Shown one piece after another: positions 1-13,948 of a DNA stretch of 64,000 nt. The stretch spans positions 11,160,001 to 11,224,000 of the forward strand of contig NC_043024.1 in assembly GCF_006345805.1 (NCBI RefSeq), given 5' to 3'. A program made the position numbers and the translations under genes. The notes beneath the pieces were generated by a model, which was given only the letters and a program-made list of their open reading frames with translations, was not told where the DNA came from and did not search any database. Each line of letters begins with the position of its first letter. The first letter of the stretch is position 1. Origin of the DNA: Octopus sinensis. Lineage: Eukaryota.

Positions 1-338
1 ATCATTTTTTTTTTAGTACAAGTGACACTTAGGATGAGATGATGATGATGATGAAAATGGTGATGACGATGATGGTGGTGGTGGTGATGATGATGATGAA
101 TCCTTTAACTATAGGTACAAGGCCTGAAATTTTGTGGGGAGGGGCTGGTTGATTTTTGACACAAGGCTAATTTTAGGGAAGTAGGGTTTAGCTTGACTGT
201 TACCTTATTTTATCAACCTTGACAGGATGAAAGACAAAGTTAAAACCCTTGCAATATTTGAACTTGGAATGTAAGCTGGAAGAAAGGACACTGCACACCT
301 TTGTACAACATGCTAACAACTCTGCCGGCTCACCACCA

Positions 339-370
<32 letters not shown>

Positions 371-381
371 ATAATAATAAT

Positions 382-950
382 AAATGCCCTGATGCAGTAC
401 CAGGCAGTGGCTCTCATGGCTTCTGATCTTAACTGATTGGAAGTGTTATCATGTACATTGTTTTGTCTTGGTATAAAAGATGGGCCACAGCAAATATTCT
501 GCTCAATACCACAGATTTGCTTGTCAGTTGTTTGACCTTAACCGGTTGGCCATGTCTCATGGTGGCTGACAATATGTGCATCTCTGATCACAAGCAGAAG
601 TAGTGGGGGAGCATCATAGCCATGTGTTGAGAGGGATTCTTTGGGGTTTGGATAATTCACCTCTGGAAACATAGGTGGTTCTTTCAACATCCTTAAGCAA
701 CCCTTATTCAGGGACCTTTTGAGCGGGATGGGCTACGCAACCAGAATAAAATTCTAACTGGGCCCCACCTGCAAGGTCATGCACTGTTTATCTTGATATG
801 AGATCACCATGTCGCGCACATATGGTTATGATGCATGTACCTGGTGTACCCTTATGAGACGGGTAGTCATGATGGGTATACTGGGCTTTGTATATTTTAC
901 CCCAGTGTCACTTTGATGGCATGCACTGCTCTCTCACTCAATAATAATAA
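382..950 (+). mobile_element. abundant retroposon-like repeat ending in ctctcactca(ata)n
   Basis: A second, 5'-truncated copy at ~8962-9160 shares the same 3' end and (AAT)n tail. Confidence 0.7.
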
Positions 951-2962
951 TATATGCTGGGGACAGCTTGGATTTTGAGATTGGGACTCGGATGTTGAAT
1001 GTCCCCAATGATAATTAACAACGAAGTATCAAAGCTTGTAATGTGCAAAAAGAGACCCTTTGAGATCTCTGACAGCAGGTTGCTGTCTGCTCTCACAGAA
1101 TCTACCAGAGCAAACAAGACCAAGCACTCTGAGAAGTAAAACAATAATTAATAATTCTTCAGAAAACAAGTTAGGTATCTGTGTTTGTGTGTTTGTGCAT
1201 GCACACATGCATGGATATGTATAAAGCAAATTATGAAGTAAATGAAAATTTAGGGACTCCAGGTCAATGCAAAATAGCCAAGATAAATAGAAAGAGTGAT
1301 TTGATGGTGGTGGTGATTTGAATGCAAATTACAAGGGTTCGATGTTTATATTTTTGCATATGATTTGGAAATTAGTGAATAATTTAGATGATAATAGTGG
1401 AGGACATGAAATGGAGGGGGGGGAGTGGAACAAAAGTAATTTAGGATTAAAAAGGACTTTCTATATATATATCTATACACATACACACACACACATGAAT
1501 ATATAGTTTTGTACACAGTTAGTGTTAAATTTAAAATATAACATTACAAAAGAAAAATAGTGTATGAAATATAGGGAGTCTCTCCGTTTTTGTTATTGCA
1601 CCACAGGACCCTTAGAGCTGGTCATCTTGTTTCCGTGGTGTATACGTGACCGAGATCACAACATCCCCGCCTCTGAATGAGATGTCAATCTGTTGCAAAG
1701 TCCAAGGCCAGCAAATTCGAAGGAAGGGGATCAAGTTAAAGACATAAACTCTACACTTACGAAAATCCTGTCATAACATTGGGTTCCATTGAGTTCCATG
1801 TAACAGAAATCAATGGGAAGATAGGGTTGCAGGTTTCAAAACCCAAATCCACATTGCCGCAACATTTTCTGTAGCACAACCCTTCCATAAATAAGGCAGA
1901 CGATACATTTTTCTTTTCTTTTTTTTTTGTTTGTTGCACTATTAACCCCCAAGACCCTCTGATTTGACAGACCAATTTCACTATTATATTTCTATAAATA
2001 ATTTCATTTCATCAATTAATATGTACCAAATTGTAAATATTTTAAATTTTAATTGTCGTAGCATGGACAGTAGAAGTCTTATGTTACTTTGTACTATAAG
2101 CACAAGGCCGGACATTTTGTGGATTACAGCAACCCTCAATATGTAACTGGTACATATTTTGTCAACCCTGAAAGGAAGGAGGGCAAAATCAATTTTGGAA
2201 GCATTTGAATTCGCAGAGCAAAGAGCTGAAAGAAATGCTGCTGAGTTTTTGTCATTCCTGCACGCTAAGGATTTTACCATCTTCCCACTGACTTCAGGAA
2301 AAGTCTAATAACACTTTTTTTGATAAGGTTCTACATATTAAATTTGAAACATTTCTGGGTTTGTCTCTCCCTTTATTTGCAAGAAAAATGAAAAGTTAAT
2401 ATTAATTATTGGTAAGGTGGCAAGTTGGCAGAATTGTTAGTATGCTGGACAAAATGCTTAGCAGCATTCCGAGTTCAAATTCTGCCAATGCTGACTTTGC
2501 CTTTCACATTTTGGTGGGGCCAATAAAATAAAGGAGCAGAATTGAACCAGTGTAGGTGTGTTAATAATATTGGCATAAAGACTCACCATAGACACAACAA
2601 AATTTGTTGCAACACATCCACATACAAAAACGATGTGCAGTCTCATTTTCCTTTTTATATGCTCAACACTTTTTTTCTTTTCTCTCATTTCCCTTATCTT
2701 TTTGTCTTTAACCCTTTAACTGTGAAATTAGGTTCCAGTAATGATGTTAAATATCTACCGAAAAAATTGAATTGGTATTTTCTGCAAGACACATTGCCTC
2801 TATAAACTTAACCTAACAAATCATCAGAAAATAGGTTCAAACCTGACATACCTCAACAAAACAATGACTGGTATGGATAATGGAATTTTGAGTGGGTATG
2901 TCTGATTAAAAGAATATCTTACGCAATCAGCAGATACCAAATAGCATATGTGTGTGTGTGTA

Positions 2963-2996
<34 letters not shown>

Positions 2997-3111
2997 ATGT
3001 ATGTATGTGTATATATATATGTATGTATGTATATATATATATATATATATAGCTAAATAGATATACATATAAATCTATATACATACATATATATATTATA
3101 TATACATACAT

Positions 3112-3159
<48 letters not shown>

Positions 3160-3161
3160 TT

Positions 3162-3200
<39 letters not shown>

Positions 3201-4917
3201 TACATACATATATATATCTATACATACACATATATACATACACATACACACACTTGCATGTGTATATGTTTTGTGTATTCTTCAGTTTGATTTAACCAGG
3301 CTTGTGCAAGACCATGCTCCAGCATGAGCTTTTTGTGTGGGTGCGAGTGTGTGTATAGATACTGTCTTTACTTTCTTTTTAAATATAATTTCTTCCATTC
3401 AAGTTAGGAAGGTTTTAAGTTTTTGTTTTTTTGTTTTTTTTTGCAGCAGGATGCAGTAGAGAGATGATGATGGTGATAATGGTGATGATGATGATGACGA
3501 CGACAATGGTGATGGTGGTGGTGGTGGTGGTGGTGGTAATGATGGTGATACATGTAGTAGTCACTATTAATACTACTACTGTTACAACTACTACAGGTGA
3601 TACAGACAGCGAGCATGAGATCAGTGACGCATCTAAATAGAAAAAAACAAAAAAACACAAAATGGGAGATCAAAGAGTGTGGAATGTATCAGGTGTCACA
3701 AACAATAAATATTCATAATTTAAACAAGACATGACATAAAAAACAAGTGACCACACAAGAAAAAATATATACTTAAGTAATGGTAGATAGAGACAGCAGC
3801 AATAGTAGAATTAATACAAGTATATTTGTTTTAACAAAAACAATTCCACTGAGCAAAATAAAAAAATGAGGGCCAAAATAACAGTAAATTTTACATGGAA
3901 TGTAAACATTATGTGTATGTATGAGCATATACACATATACAAGTATATACAAAGAAATGGGAATAACATATATACGAAAAATAATATACACAAATATATA
4001 TATATATAATGAAATGTATATACACATATATACATATTTGTCCCCACTTAAACATAGACGTTCTGTTGGAACAAAGTATACAGCCATAGGTACCATGAGA
4101 GAAATTCTCATACTGGTTTTTGGTGCAGTGAGTTTCTCTCGTGGTAACTACCGCTGTATAGTTTGTTCCAACAGAACATCCATGGTTTGAGTGGAGATAA
4201 ATGTAGCCCGTTGGAATTAATAGATATAAGTAAGATTCAGTTGAATTAGGTTGTTAAATTGAGGCACATAGTTAGGTCGGGATAATAATACACACACACA
4301 ACAATATTATGTAAATATCAAACTTGGGACATAATTTACCAGCCAAATGATATTCTTGCAGTGTACGTAGACAGTTAGAACCAGCCGAGTGAAGAAATCC
4401 ACTCTTCAGCTATTCAGACATGTACAATATATCGAACATATACAGTCCATAATATTTTGAAGTTTGTGAAATCAGCTGACGAAAATCGTTTCTTTACAAT
4501 GATGTAGTGTTTTAATTAATCAGTTAAAGGAGTCGTTAGAAACAGCTGTAATGGATTGACACTTGTACTTCTACTGTTACTCATTTATATCTTATTCATA
4601 TATATATACACATATATATATTTATTTATTTATTATAGACAACTCAGTCGAGGGGTCTTGTATTGCAAATACTTGGTAATCTCACTGGTGCTGCAACAAA
4701 AAAATATTTTAAAAATACCCCAGTACACTCTGTAAAGTGGTTGTCACCAAGAAGGTCCTCCAGCGGTAGAAATCATGCCGAAGCAGACACTGGAGCTTGG
4801 TGTAGCCTTCTTATGTACATACATATACATGTATATACATATGTGTATATACATGTATGTATGTATGTATGTATGTATGTATGTATGTATGTATGTATGT
4901 ATGTATGTATATATATA

Positions 4918-4980
<63 letters not shown>

Positions 4981-5633
4981 CGTGACCAACCAGGCTATCA
5001 GATGTTGCTACACATCGCTGGTCACAATGCACTTTGCATTGTTTTAGCCTTCAAATGACGCCACCCCGCTGGCTAAGCGAGCAGGTCAACAGAAGAAAGA
5101 GTGAGAGAAAGTTGTGGCGAAAGAGTACAGCTGGGGTTGTCCCCTTGCTCACCATTCAGACATCTTTGCAAATGTTACAATCTTTGTAAATCCTTACTCC
5201 TTTCAAATTTGGAGTTGGTGATGGATGGAATTTGTGACCAAGTGAAGCCAGTTCCATGCATAAAAAGCGAACTAGCAGACATTCTATCTAATCTGATTAG
5301 ATATTTCCTGCTATTCATTTATTAATTTCGTCCAACCTCTCAGAAGCAGCTTCCTCTCAGCTCAGTCTGAGCAACATCATAAGATCAGCTGCAAGTTGCC
5401 TCAGCCAATTTGAGAAGCTTTAACTCCACCGCCTATCAGTTACTTGTCTAAAAGATCCTCACAACCCCTTTTCCCCCACAAATGAACAATATGTTCCCAG
5501 ATGTCTAAATAAATGAGGCCATCCAGCCTGAAATCAAATCAGAAACAGATACTGGCCTCACAGCATTTCTGTAACTGCTATTAATAATGTCTAGGTTTAC
5601 TGACCTACCACCAGGTCCGCAAATATATATCTA

Positions 5634-5850
5634 TTTCTTTACTACCCACAAGGGGCTAAACACAGTGGGGACAAACAAGGACAGAAAAATGGGTTAAATC
5701 GATTACATTGCCAGTGCGTATCTGGTACTTCATCCGAAAGGATGAAAGGCAAAGATGACCTCGGCGGAATTTGAACTCAGAACGTAACGGCAGGTAAAAT
5801 ACCGCTAAGCATTTCGCCCAGCATGCTAACATTTCTGCCAGCTCACCGCC
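5634..5850 (-). mobile_element. near full-length tRNA-derived SINE, family A (Meta-domain-like core)
   Basis: Minus strand reads ggcggtgagctggcagaa...gttctgagttcaaattccgccgagg...tttgcctttcatcctttcgg...agtaccag...gccccttgtggg. It has an A/B-box-like head, and the same sequence recurs many times in the window. Confidence 0.85.
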
Positions 5851-6483
5851 TTCCACAAATATATATCTTTACCTCCACATTCAAAACTTTCCATAACAAA
5901 ATATCGTTCGTTTGTTAGCATGGTGCAAACTTTATATCCAAGAAGTGCAAGTGCACACAGCTTTGGTGTCGTTGGTGGACGTGTGCATCTGGTATCACTT
6001 AACAAGTGTTCTTGGTCCCAAACGAACCCAAAACAGAGAAATTCATGAACTCCACTTACAACATTGCTGTAGATGAAAATAGGGTTTATTTCCACTAGGG
6101 CTCCCCTCTAGCATTCAGACAAATAGGGTCTTTTTATATGGGCTCCCAGCAATTTTATACACACCTGTGTTTGGTAGTTTTTAGGAAGGACGATTCCCTT
6201 CTCATACTTTCGATTTCTACTTTGATTAAAAATTTTTTTTCCCTATTTCTATCAACTCCACCTTCTCTCAAACAACAGCAAAGATAAAAAGCATTTGCAG
6301 CAGGGGCTCCTGTTGTTCCACCTATTTAGTTGGTACCCATCCACCCCAACTTCAACAACTTAACATCTACCTACATCTTGGTTCTTGAAGTCCAGATGTT
6401 TTCATCCTCTTTATCAGATCCCTGTCATTGATAACAAAGCAGAGGAGGGCAAGAGTATGTCCGTGTATTGTTTACGCTGCAGT

Positions 6484-6805
6484 AAGGTGCACAGCTCAGT
6501 GGTTAGAGTGTCAGCTTACTATCATGAGGTTGTGGTTTCTATTCCTGGACTGGGCTGCATGTTGTGTTCTTGAGCAAGACACTTCATTTCACGTTGCTCC
6601 AGTTCACTCAGCTGAAGAAATGAGTTGCGACGTCACAGGTGCCAAGCTGTATCGACCTTTGTCTTTCCCTTGGATGACACTGGTGGTGTGGAGAGGGGAG
6701 GCTGGTGTGCATGGGCAACTGCTGGTTGTACCTGAGAGGGGAACTTTCTAGGTGTAATCCCAGTCATTTCATGACCAAAGGGGGTTTTCACCCTTTACCT
6801 TTGGG
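6484..6805 (+). mobile_element. tRNA-derived SINE, family C
   Basis: A-box-like agctcagtggttagagtg, then ttgagcaagacacttcatttcacgttgctccagttcactcagctg. Related copies occur at ~7862-8180 (+), ~34200-34430 (-) and ~60440-60620 (-). Confidence 0.7.
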
Positions 6806-6927
6806 GTGGGGTTATAACTTTTGCCTGTACTCTGCTCCCTCACTGAAGGAGACTACCTTTGAGGGAATATACTGATTCCAGGCATATGAAATGTTTATAT
6901 AATCCTCTTTATTTTGAATATGTTCCA

Positions 6928-7350
6928 CTAGGAGGTAGACCCACACAGTTCCACCAGCACTAATGGTGCATCAGAGTCATCTGGAACTTTGGAACAAAGA
7001 CAAATTATCATGAATTTGAAAATTCTTCCTTGAGGCACATGGCTTCCACCATCACAAATTATGTCAGGTTTCCGATGTTCGGTGCAACACTCTCGGGTAT
7101 TTTTCAGCCTGCATAAAAGGGCTTTGCCCTGCCTTTCATCCTGTTTGCCTACAAAAATAAATGCCACAGTCCTTCTTAAAGCATTTAAAACCATGTCCTT
7201 CAGAACGGTGATTACCCCAAGCGCCACAATGTATGACGAGTATGTTTGTTCTATTAACTTGTCCTTGGCACAACGGTAACTCTGAAAAATGATCCCAGGT
7301 ATGATGTTGCTATTGTTACTGCTATTGCTACTTTGTAGATCAGCCTTCAT
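6928..7350 (-). mobile_element. possible decayed REL-type LINE fragment (R4/CRE-like)
   Basis: HRKPDII...FMII....VPDD resembles the REL PD..D/E nuclease core (KPDI...IIDV.VP). The similarity is weak. Confidence 0.35.
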
Positions 7351-10300
7351 CCAGCAGACCTATGATCAATGACATTCTAGCCATGACCATCTCATCTAAT
7401 TTGCAGGCATAGCACATCTCTTCTCAATTATTACTGATTCACTCATCTCTTATCCAGGATCACACAGTATGCTAAATTTTGGGTCAGCAATCAAAGATTC
7501 TGCTTGTACCACAAAAATGCACCCCAATGATCACCCATAATTCACTGACCACCGTTTGTGCTCAGGGGACTGTGCTTTGAGGTTGCAAGCGTATTTTTAA
7601 CATGCATTTACATACAGGTACCCGTCAACATGGGACCTGTGAATATGAAAAAAACACAAAGGCACCTGATCCTCACAAATGATGCAAACAAGAGTAGAAA
7701 TGACCAAGAGAAAAAGTGATGGTCGAAGCCTCACTGCTGTGGGCCCAGAGCTTAATGCAATTGAATCTAACATTTGTTCCATTTACAAAATGCATAGAGA
7801 TGGTTCATTTATAACGGTGTGTTTTAGAACCAAACCCCTTGATAAATGATATTATTACAGTGGAGGTGCATGGTTTATTGGTTAGGGTAATCAGCACACC
7901 ATTGTAAGGATGCGATTTTAACTCCTGGCTATGTGTTGTATCCTTAAGCAAGATACTTTATTTCATGTTGCTCCAGTCCACTCAGCTGGCAAAAATACTT
8001 GTAATTTAAAGGGCCAGCCTTGCACATTCTCTATCATTCTGAATCTCCCTGAAAATTACATTATCTGTACACATGTCTGTGGAGTGCTCAGCCACTTGCA
8101 CGTTAATTTCACAAGGAGGCTATTCCTTTGATCAGATCAACTTGGAACCCTCGTCTTCGGAACCGACGGAATGCCATTTTGTTTTGTAAATCATTACATC
8201 TCTATAGCATTGCATCATCTAATGCATCACTTTTAAGATAGCAAAGAGGGATTGGAAGATTTGGTTGATATTTCTAGCAGCTGTAAAGAGGGTCCTGGTA
8301 GTGGTGTTAATGTTTGTTTCATCTACCAGTGGAGACATTAGCTTTGTTGTTGTTCTTGAGGTCATTAGATGGTGTTCTGCTTGTTGTTACTAGTTGTTAT
8401 ACCCAGAAACCCCTTTTCTACTCAAGCACTGACACAAGACACTTCCGATACCCCCAAATCCAGTTGTAGGCTTCACTCTCAAGACACAGATCAACATTAT
8501 TCCTACTACTCTTTTGTTATTACATATTCCAATACTTCCAGGTAGAGCACAGCATCCTCCTTCTCCTCCTCTAATGTCTGTTTTCCATGCTGGCATGGGG
8601 TGGATAGTTTGCGACATGCCCCTTACAAACTTTGGTGTGGTTTCTACAGCTGGGTACCCTTCCTGACACTAACCCCTTTACAGTGTGTATGTACCGGGTA
8701 CTTTTATTTATGCTAAACCAAAATGAAGAGCAATAAATTAATTTAAGAAAACGACAATTCTACCCCTCTAAAGAAACACCTGTCCATTTACCTACTGCTA
8801 TTATGCCTCTCTGTGTCCGTCCAACAATACACAAGCTCAGAAAATCATGTCTCCCATTGCCAAAAACAAGTGCAATAATAATAATAATAATAGTAGTAGT
8901 AGTAGTAATAGTAATATTAATATTAATAATAATAATAATAATAATAATAACAATAGAAAATTCTAACTGTGCCCCACCTGCAAGGTCATGTACACTGTTT
9001 ATCTTCCTATGTCGCACACATACTGCTGTGATGCAGGTGTTTGGTGTACCCTTATCAGACAGTTAGTCATTCTGGGTATACTGGGCTCCATATATTTGTA
9101 CCCTGGTGTTACTTTGATAGCATGCGCACTGGTCTCTCACTCAGTAATAATAATAATAATAATTTTCTATGTAGTGTGTGAACGCGTGCGTGTGTGTGTA
9201 TATATTGGTAATGAATGAAGTTTTTGGAATGGAGAAGTTGCTGTTACTTGAACCAAGTTAATCTTCCACGTGTTGGTGCACTCTTCACCACACACCTGCT
9301 TTTGAGACATGTCATACCGGAGACAAGGTAATAATGTTACACCCTATCTTTAATAACACTACAATAAATGCATGAACATGATCCACCCAATGTCCATGGA
9401 TACTATAGACTGTACAGTAATCATCCCAGGAATATGGACTAAGATCTCAAGAAACGGGTTTTGTGGAAACGCACATAGCAATGCATTAAAATATTTATAA
9501 ATTCCATCTGTGGATTATTATTATTACTTATACACATATATAAAAACATGCACACACACACACACTATTATCATCATCATCATCATTTTTTAAAGAGTCC
9601 TTCTTCCATGCTGGTAGAATTTAACAGAATCCAATTTAGTCAGAGAACAGCATCCTGCTCTAATATCTGCTTTGGTATGATGGACATCCTTCCTCTAAAA
9701 AAATGTATGTGCATGAGTATGTATGCACCGTAATCTTCATGCTTTCCTTGTTACCATTTGAGTAAATAAAAAGCAGTGGTAGTACTGACATTAAGACCAG
9801 TCACTTCGAAAACCCCTTGTCAAAGAAAAAAAAAAGAAAAATGGTTGGTGGCAGAAAGAGCATCCAACCATAAAATTCTGCCTCAAAATTAATTCCTGTC
9901 CAAATAATACTAATGTGGGAAAACCAGAGTTCAACAAATGCATGCATGCATGTAGATACACAAACACACACACATACATACATATATATGTAAAACATGC
10001 ATGTACTATGTGTATGTATACGCTCAATGATGGTGTACTCTATCAATTTGCAATTTGTGTTTATGTCCGTCACCTCACTCCATCCTATATTAACATGGCT
10101 AATGAAACACAAATATAATAATGTGTGTATGTCCATACATGTAAATATATATAAGCACACATATGTGGAGACATGTATGTATCTATCTCTTTCTCTATAC
10201 ATACACACAAAAATTGACTTGGATCAAAAACAAATATACACAATACAAGCACATGTATACGCACTCTCTCTCTCTCTCTCTCTCTCTCCTCTCACACACA

Positions 10301-11353
10301 CATGAAGCAAGTTAGCAGTGAAAAATAAAATAAAAATTGCCAGTATACGTAATGTGATTTTTATGCTTAAAGTTCCTGATAGTTTGTTGTTGTTGTTTGA
10401 AATCTTTCTTAGGATGCTTGGGATGACAAATGTTCCTGTATTCACACCCAATTCCATCTGAGAAAAGGATAACCACAGTTCTTGACTCCATCCCACAATT
10501 TTAGGGAAGTGTCATTTATACACACCCACACACACATACATACTGTAGAACGTTATATTTACAGAAGAGATGGCATTGTGTCCCATGTACAGCTTTTGAC
10601 ATTTTTACCAAAAGGGTTATTTTAATCCAACATTCTATTTGCAAATGCTCATAGCTTTATCTACTTCAAGTTCCATCATTAAAAACAAATTATTTCAACT
10701 CTCTCAAACTTCTTACTAAATTCTTATCATTAAACCACATATACACACACAAAATGTTTAACCATGTACTCTACACCACAGCATATTGAAGACGCCTCTC
10801 ATTCATCTCTAATATAATTCAATGTTCATATATGTGTTTGATGTGTATATGTACACACACACACGTGCATACTCATTGCTTCTCAACACATATACAAGAT
10901 TTTGTCTAATTAACCATAAACATATGGAAGTTAAGGTCCACATGGAAAGGGTTCAAATTCTGTCCTGAGAGGTAGAAAGCTAGAGCAACAACTACAGGGA
11001 GCTCTACACTCTTCTTTAAATTTCCTTCCCACTTTACGTAAACTAATTCACACATACACAAAGAAACTAATGGGTCCTACAAATGCTTAGTGAGGGTAGC
11101 TTGTTAAGCAGGGCAATGAGTATGTAGGGTGGCACCAATAACTTGCACCCAGTTCAGCCTGTAAAATGGTCAGCGATAGGAAGGGAGCCTAGCTGTGAAA
11201 ATCATGCAGAAAATAATAAAAATCAAATAAAATTAAAACACACACAGCAAAAATTTTGATTTTTTTGGATGCATAAGATGATGAAGCAGAAGCAGTATTT
11301 AAGTGTAGAGGGAGAAAGAGTGATAAATAACAATGTATGAATATGTGTATATC

Positions 11354-11385
<32 letters not shown>

Positions 11386-11418
11386 GTGTGTGTGTGTGTG
11401 TGTGTGTATGTGTGTGTG

Positions 11419-11462
<44 letters not shown>

Positions 11463-11713
11463 TGCATGTATGTGTGTGTGTGTGTATGTGTGTATAAAGT
11501 AATCCCTTGGCTACCGTGGCAGTTACATTCCAAAACACACCCACCCACCCCGTGGTAGGTGAAAACCCAAGAAATAGAAACAGTACTGTATATATATATA
11601 TTTTTTTTTATAATTTGTATACGCCAAGTGATAGGTGAACTGCAATATGCTAAGTGATTAATGTATGCATGTATATGTATAAGTATGTATGTATATACAT
11701 ACATATATATATT

Positions 11714-11925
11714 CTTTTATTTATTTCAGTCATTTGACTGTGGCCATGATGGAGCACCGCTTTTAGTCAAACAAATCAACCCCAGGACTTATTCTTTATA
11801 AGCCTAGTACTTATTCTATCGGTCTCTTTTGCCGAACCGTTAAGTTATGGGAACATAAATACACAAACATCAGTTGTCAAGCGATGGTGGGGGGACAAAC
11901 ACAGACAGACACACAAATATGTGCA

Positions 11926-11977
<52 letters not shown>

Positions 11978-12640
11978 TGCATGTATGTGTGTGTGTGTGT
12001 ATGTGTGTATAAAGTAATCCCTTGGCTACCGTGGCAGTTACATTCCAAAACACACCCACCCACCCCGTGGTAGGTGAAAACCCAAGAAATAGAAACAGTA
12101 CTGTATATATATATTTTTTTTTATAATTTGTATACGCCAAGTGATAGGTGAACTGCAATATGCTAAGTGATTAATGTATGCATGTATATGTATAAGTATG
12201 TATGTATATACATACATATATATATTCTTTTATTTATTTCAGTCATTTGACTGTGGCCATGATGGAGCACCGCTTTTAGTCAAACAAATCAACCCCAGGA
12301 CTTATTCTTTATAAGCCTAGTACTTATTCTATCGGTCTCTTTTGCCGAACCGTTAAGTTATGGGAACATAAATACACAAACATCAGTTGTCAAGCGATGG
12401 TGGGGGGACAAACACAGACAGACACACAAATATGTGCATGTGTGTGTGTGTATATATATATATATACACACACACACAACAGGCTTCTTTCAGTTTCTGT
12501 CTACCAAATCCACTCACAAGACTTTGTTCGGCCTGAGGCTATGGTAGAAGACACTTGCCCAAGGTGCTACGCAGTGGGACTGAACCCGGAACCATGTGGT
12601 TGGTAAGCAAGCTTCTCACCACACAGCCACTCCTGTACCT
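11714..12640 (-). mobile_element. SINE family B whose tail half is duplicated as part of a ~515-bp tandem duplication
   Basis: The tail segment occurs twice (about 11714-11940 and 12227-12455). The head occurs once (12480-12640). Confidence 0.8.
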
Positions 12641-13149
12641 ACATATATAGATATATGAGTATGCATATATGTGAGTGTGTATGTGTGTCTGTACGCGTGT
12701 ATATGTATATATACATTTATATATATGTATGTTTGTCTGTGTGTGTATAAACATATATATACATCCCTCTCTCTCTTTCGGAGAGGCACTGAGCACCTAT
12801 ACGCACACATACACACACGGCAGTAACTTCCACCTACCGAATTCCATCACAAAGCTTCGGTCGGCCCGGGGCTACAGCGGAAGACACCCACCCAAAGTGC
12901 CACGCAGTGGGACTGAACCCAAAACCATGTACATATATATATATATATATATTTATTAGATAGATAGATTAGGATCAAGATAAACAGGCAGATATACAGA
13001 GTGAGAGGGAGAGAGAGGAGAGGAAATGTTACGTAATTGAAAGGTTTTGAACTGAGATTTTGCTGGTGATGGCCTGGGCAATGTTTAACTCTATATCTTA
13101 CATCATTCAACCACTTCACCCAACCATTCATCCATCTATCCACCCTCCA

Positions 13150-13948
13150 AGAATGGCAAGCTGTTAGTCAATTCCTGTTCACATTTATGGTTCAACAGTT
13201 AACAAAATCAACAACAATAACCAACAAAGGAGCAAGACTATCAAATAAATTCCTTCAAGTCTTTAAAACAACAAGTCTTGCAAACAATATTAATATTATG
13301 GAAATGATAAAATAACAACAGAGGCAAATTGTTCTAACTGACCAGTCACAAAAAAAAAACAACAAAAGGAATTTTTTTTTCTTTTTTCATAATTCAAAAG
13401 AACCAAAACAGAGCAGCCAAAATTCTTCTTAAAGTTATTTCATCATTTTCTTTTTTTTAATAAATCTGCTATAATTCCAAACTGGTTAATATTGGGTTTT
13501 TTTAATAAAAAAAGACAAGAACAAAGCAAACACAACTAACTTTTTATTCAATAAATAAATTAAATAGTAATAGTAATAATAATAAAAATAATTATAATAA
13601 TAATAATAATAAACTTTTTGAAAAAAAAAAAATGTCAACACTAATAGTTAAAGTCTTTGGGGCTAATTTAATTCAGAAAAACATGAAAGGTAAAAAAAAA
13701 AAAAAGAAACATGAACAAAAAAATAATAAAATAAGAAATGAAATTAATCCTGATGGATTATCAGCTTTTTACAATGAGTTCAATTCAAGAGTTTGTCAAA
13801 TATTTTCTTACTTTGGTTTTTTTTTTCCTTCTCTTTTTTTTTTTCTTTTAAATATTTAAAAAAAAAAACCAAAACAAACTTCCTTCTTATTTGTATCATC
13901 TTTTGCTTTTTTTTTTTTATAATTTTTTTTTTGTCCGAGCCAGGTGCA
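13150..13948 (-). promoter_or_regulatory. boule 3' UTR (U-rich) with candidate poly(A) signal
   Basis: Directly follows the stop codon. It has long U runs and GUU clusters on the minus strand and AATAAA at 13543-13548 (plus-strand tttatt). The distal limit is estimated from where repeats resume (~12950-13150). Confidence 0.6.
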
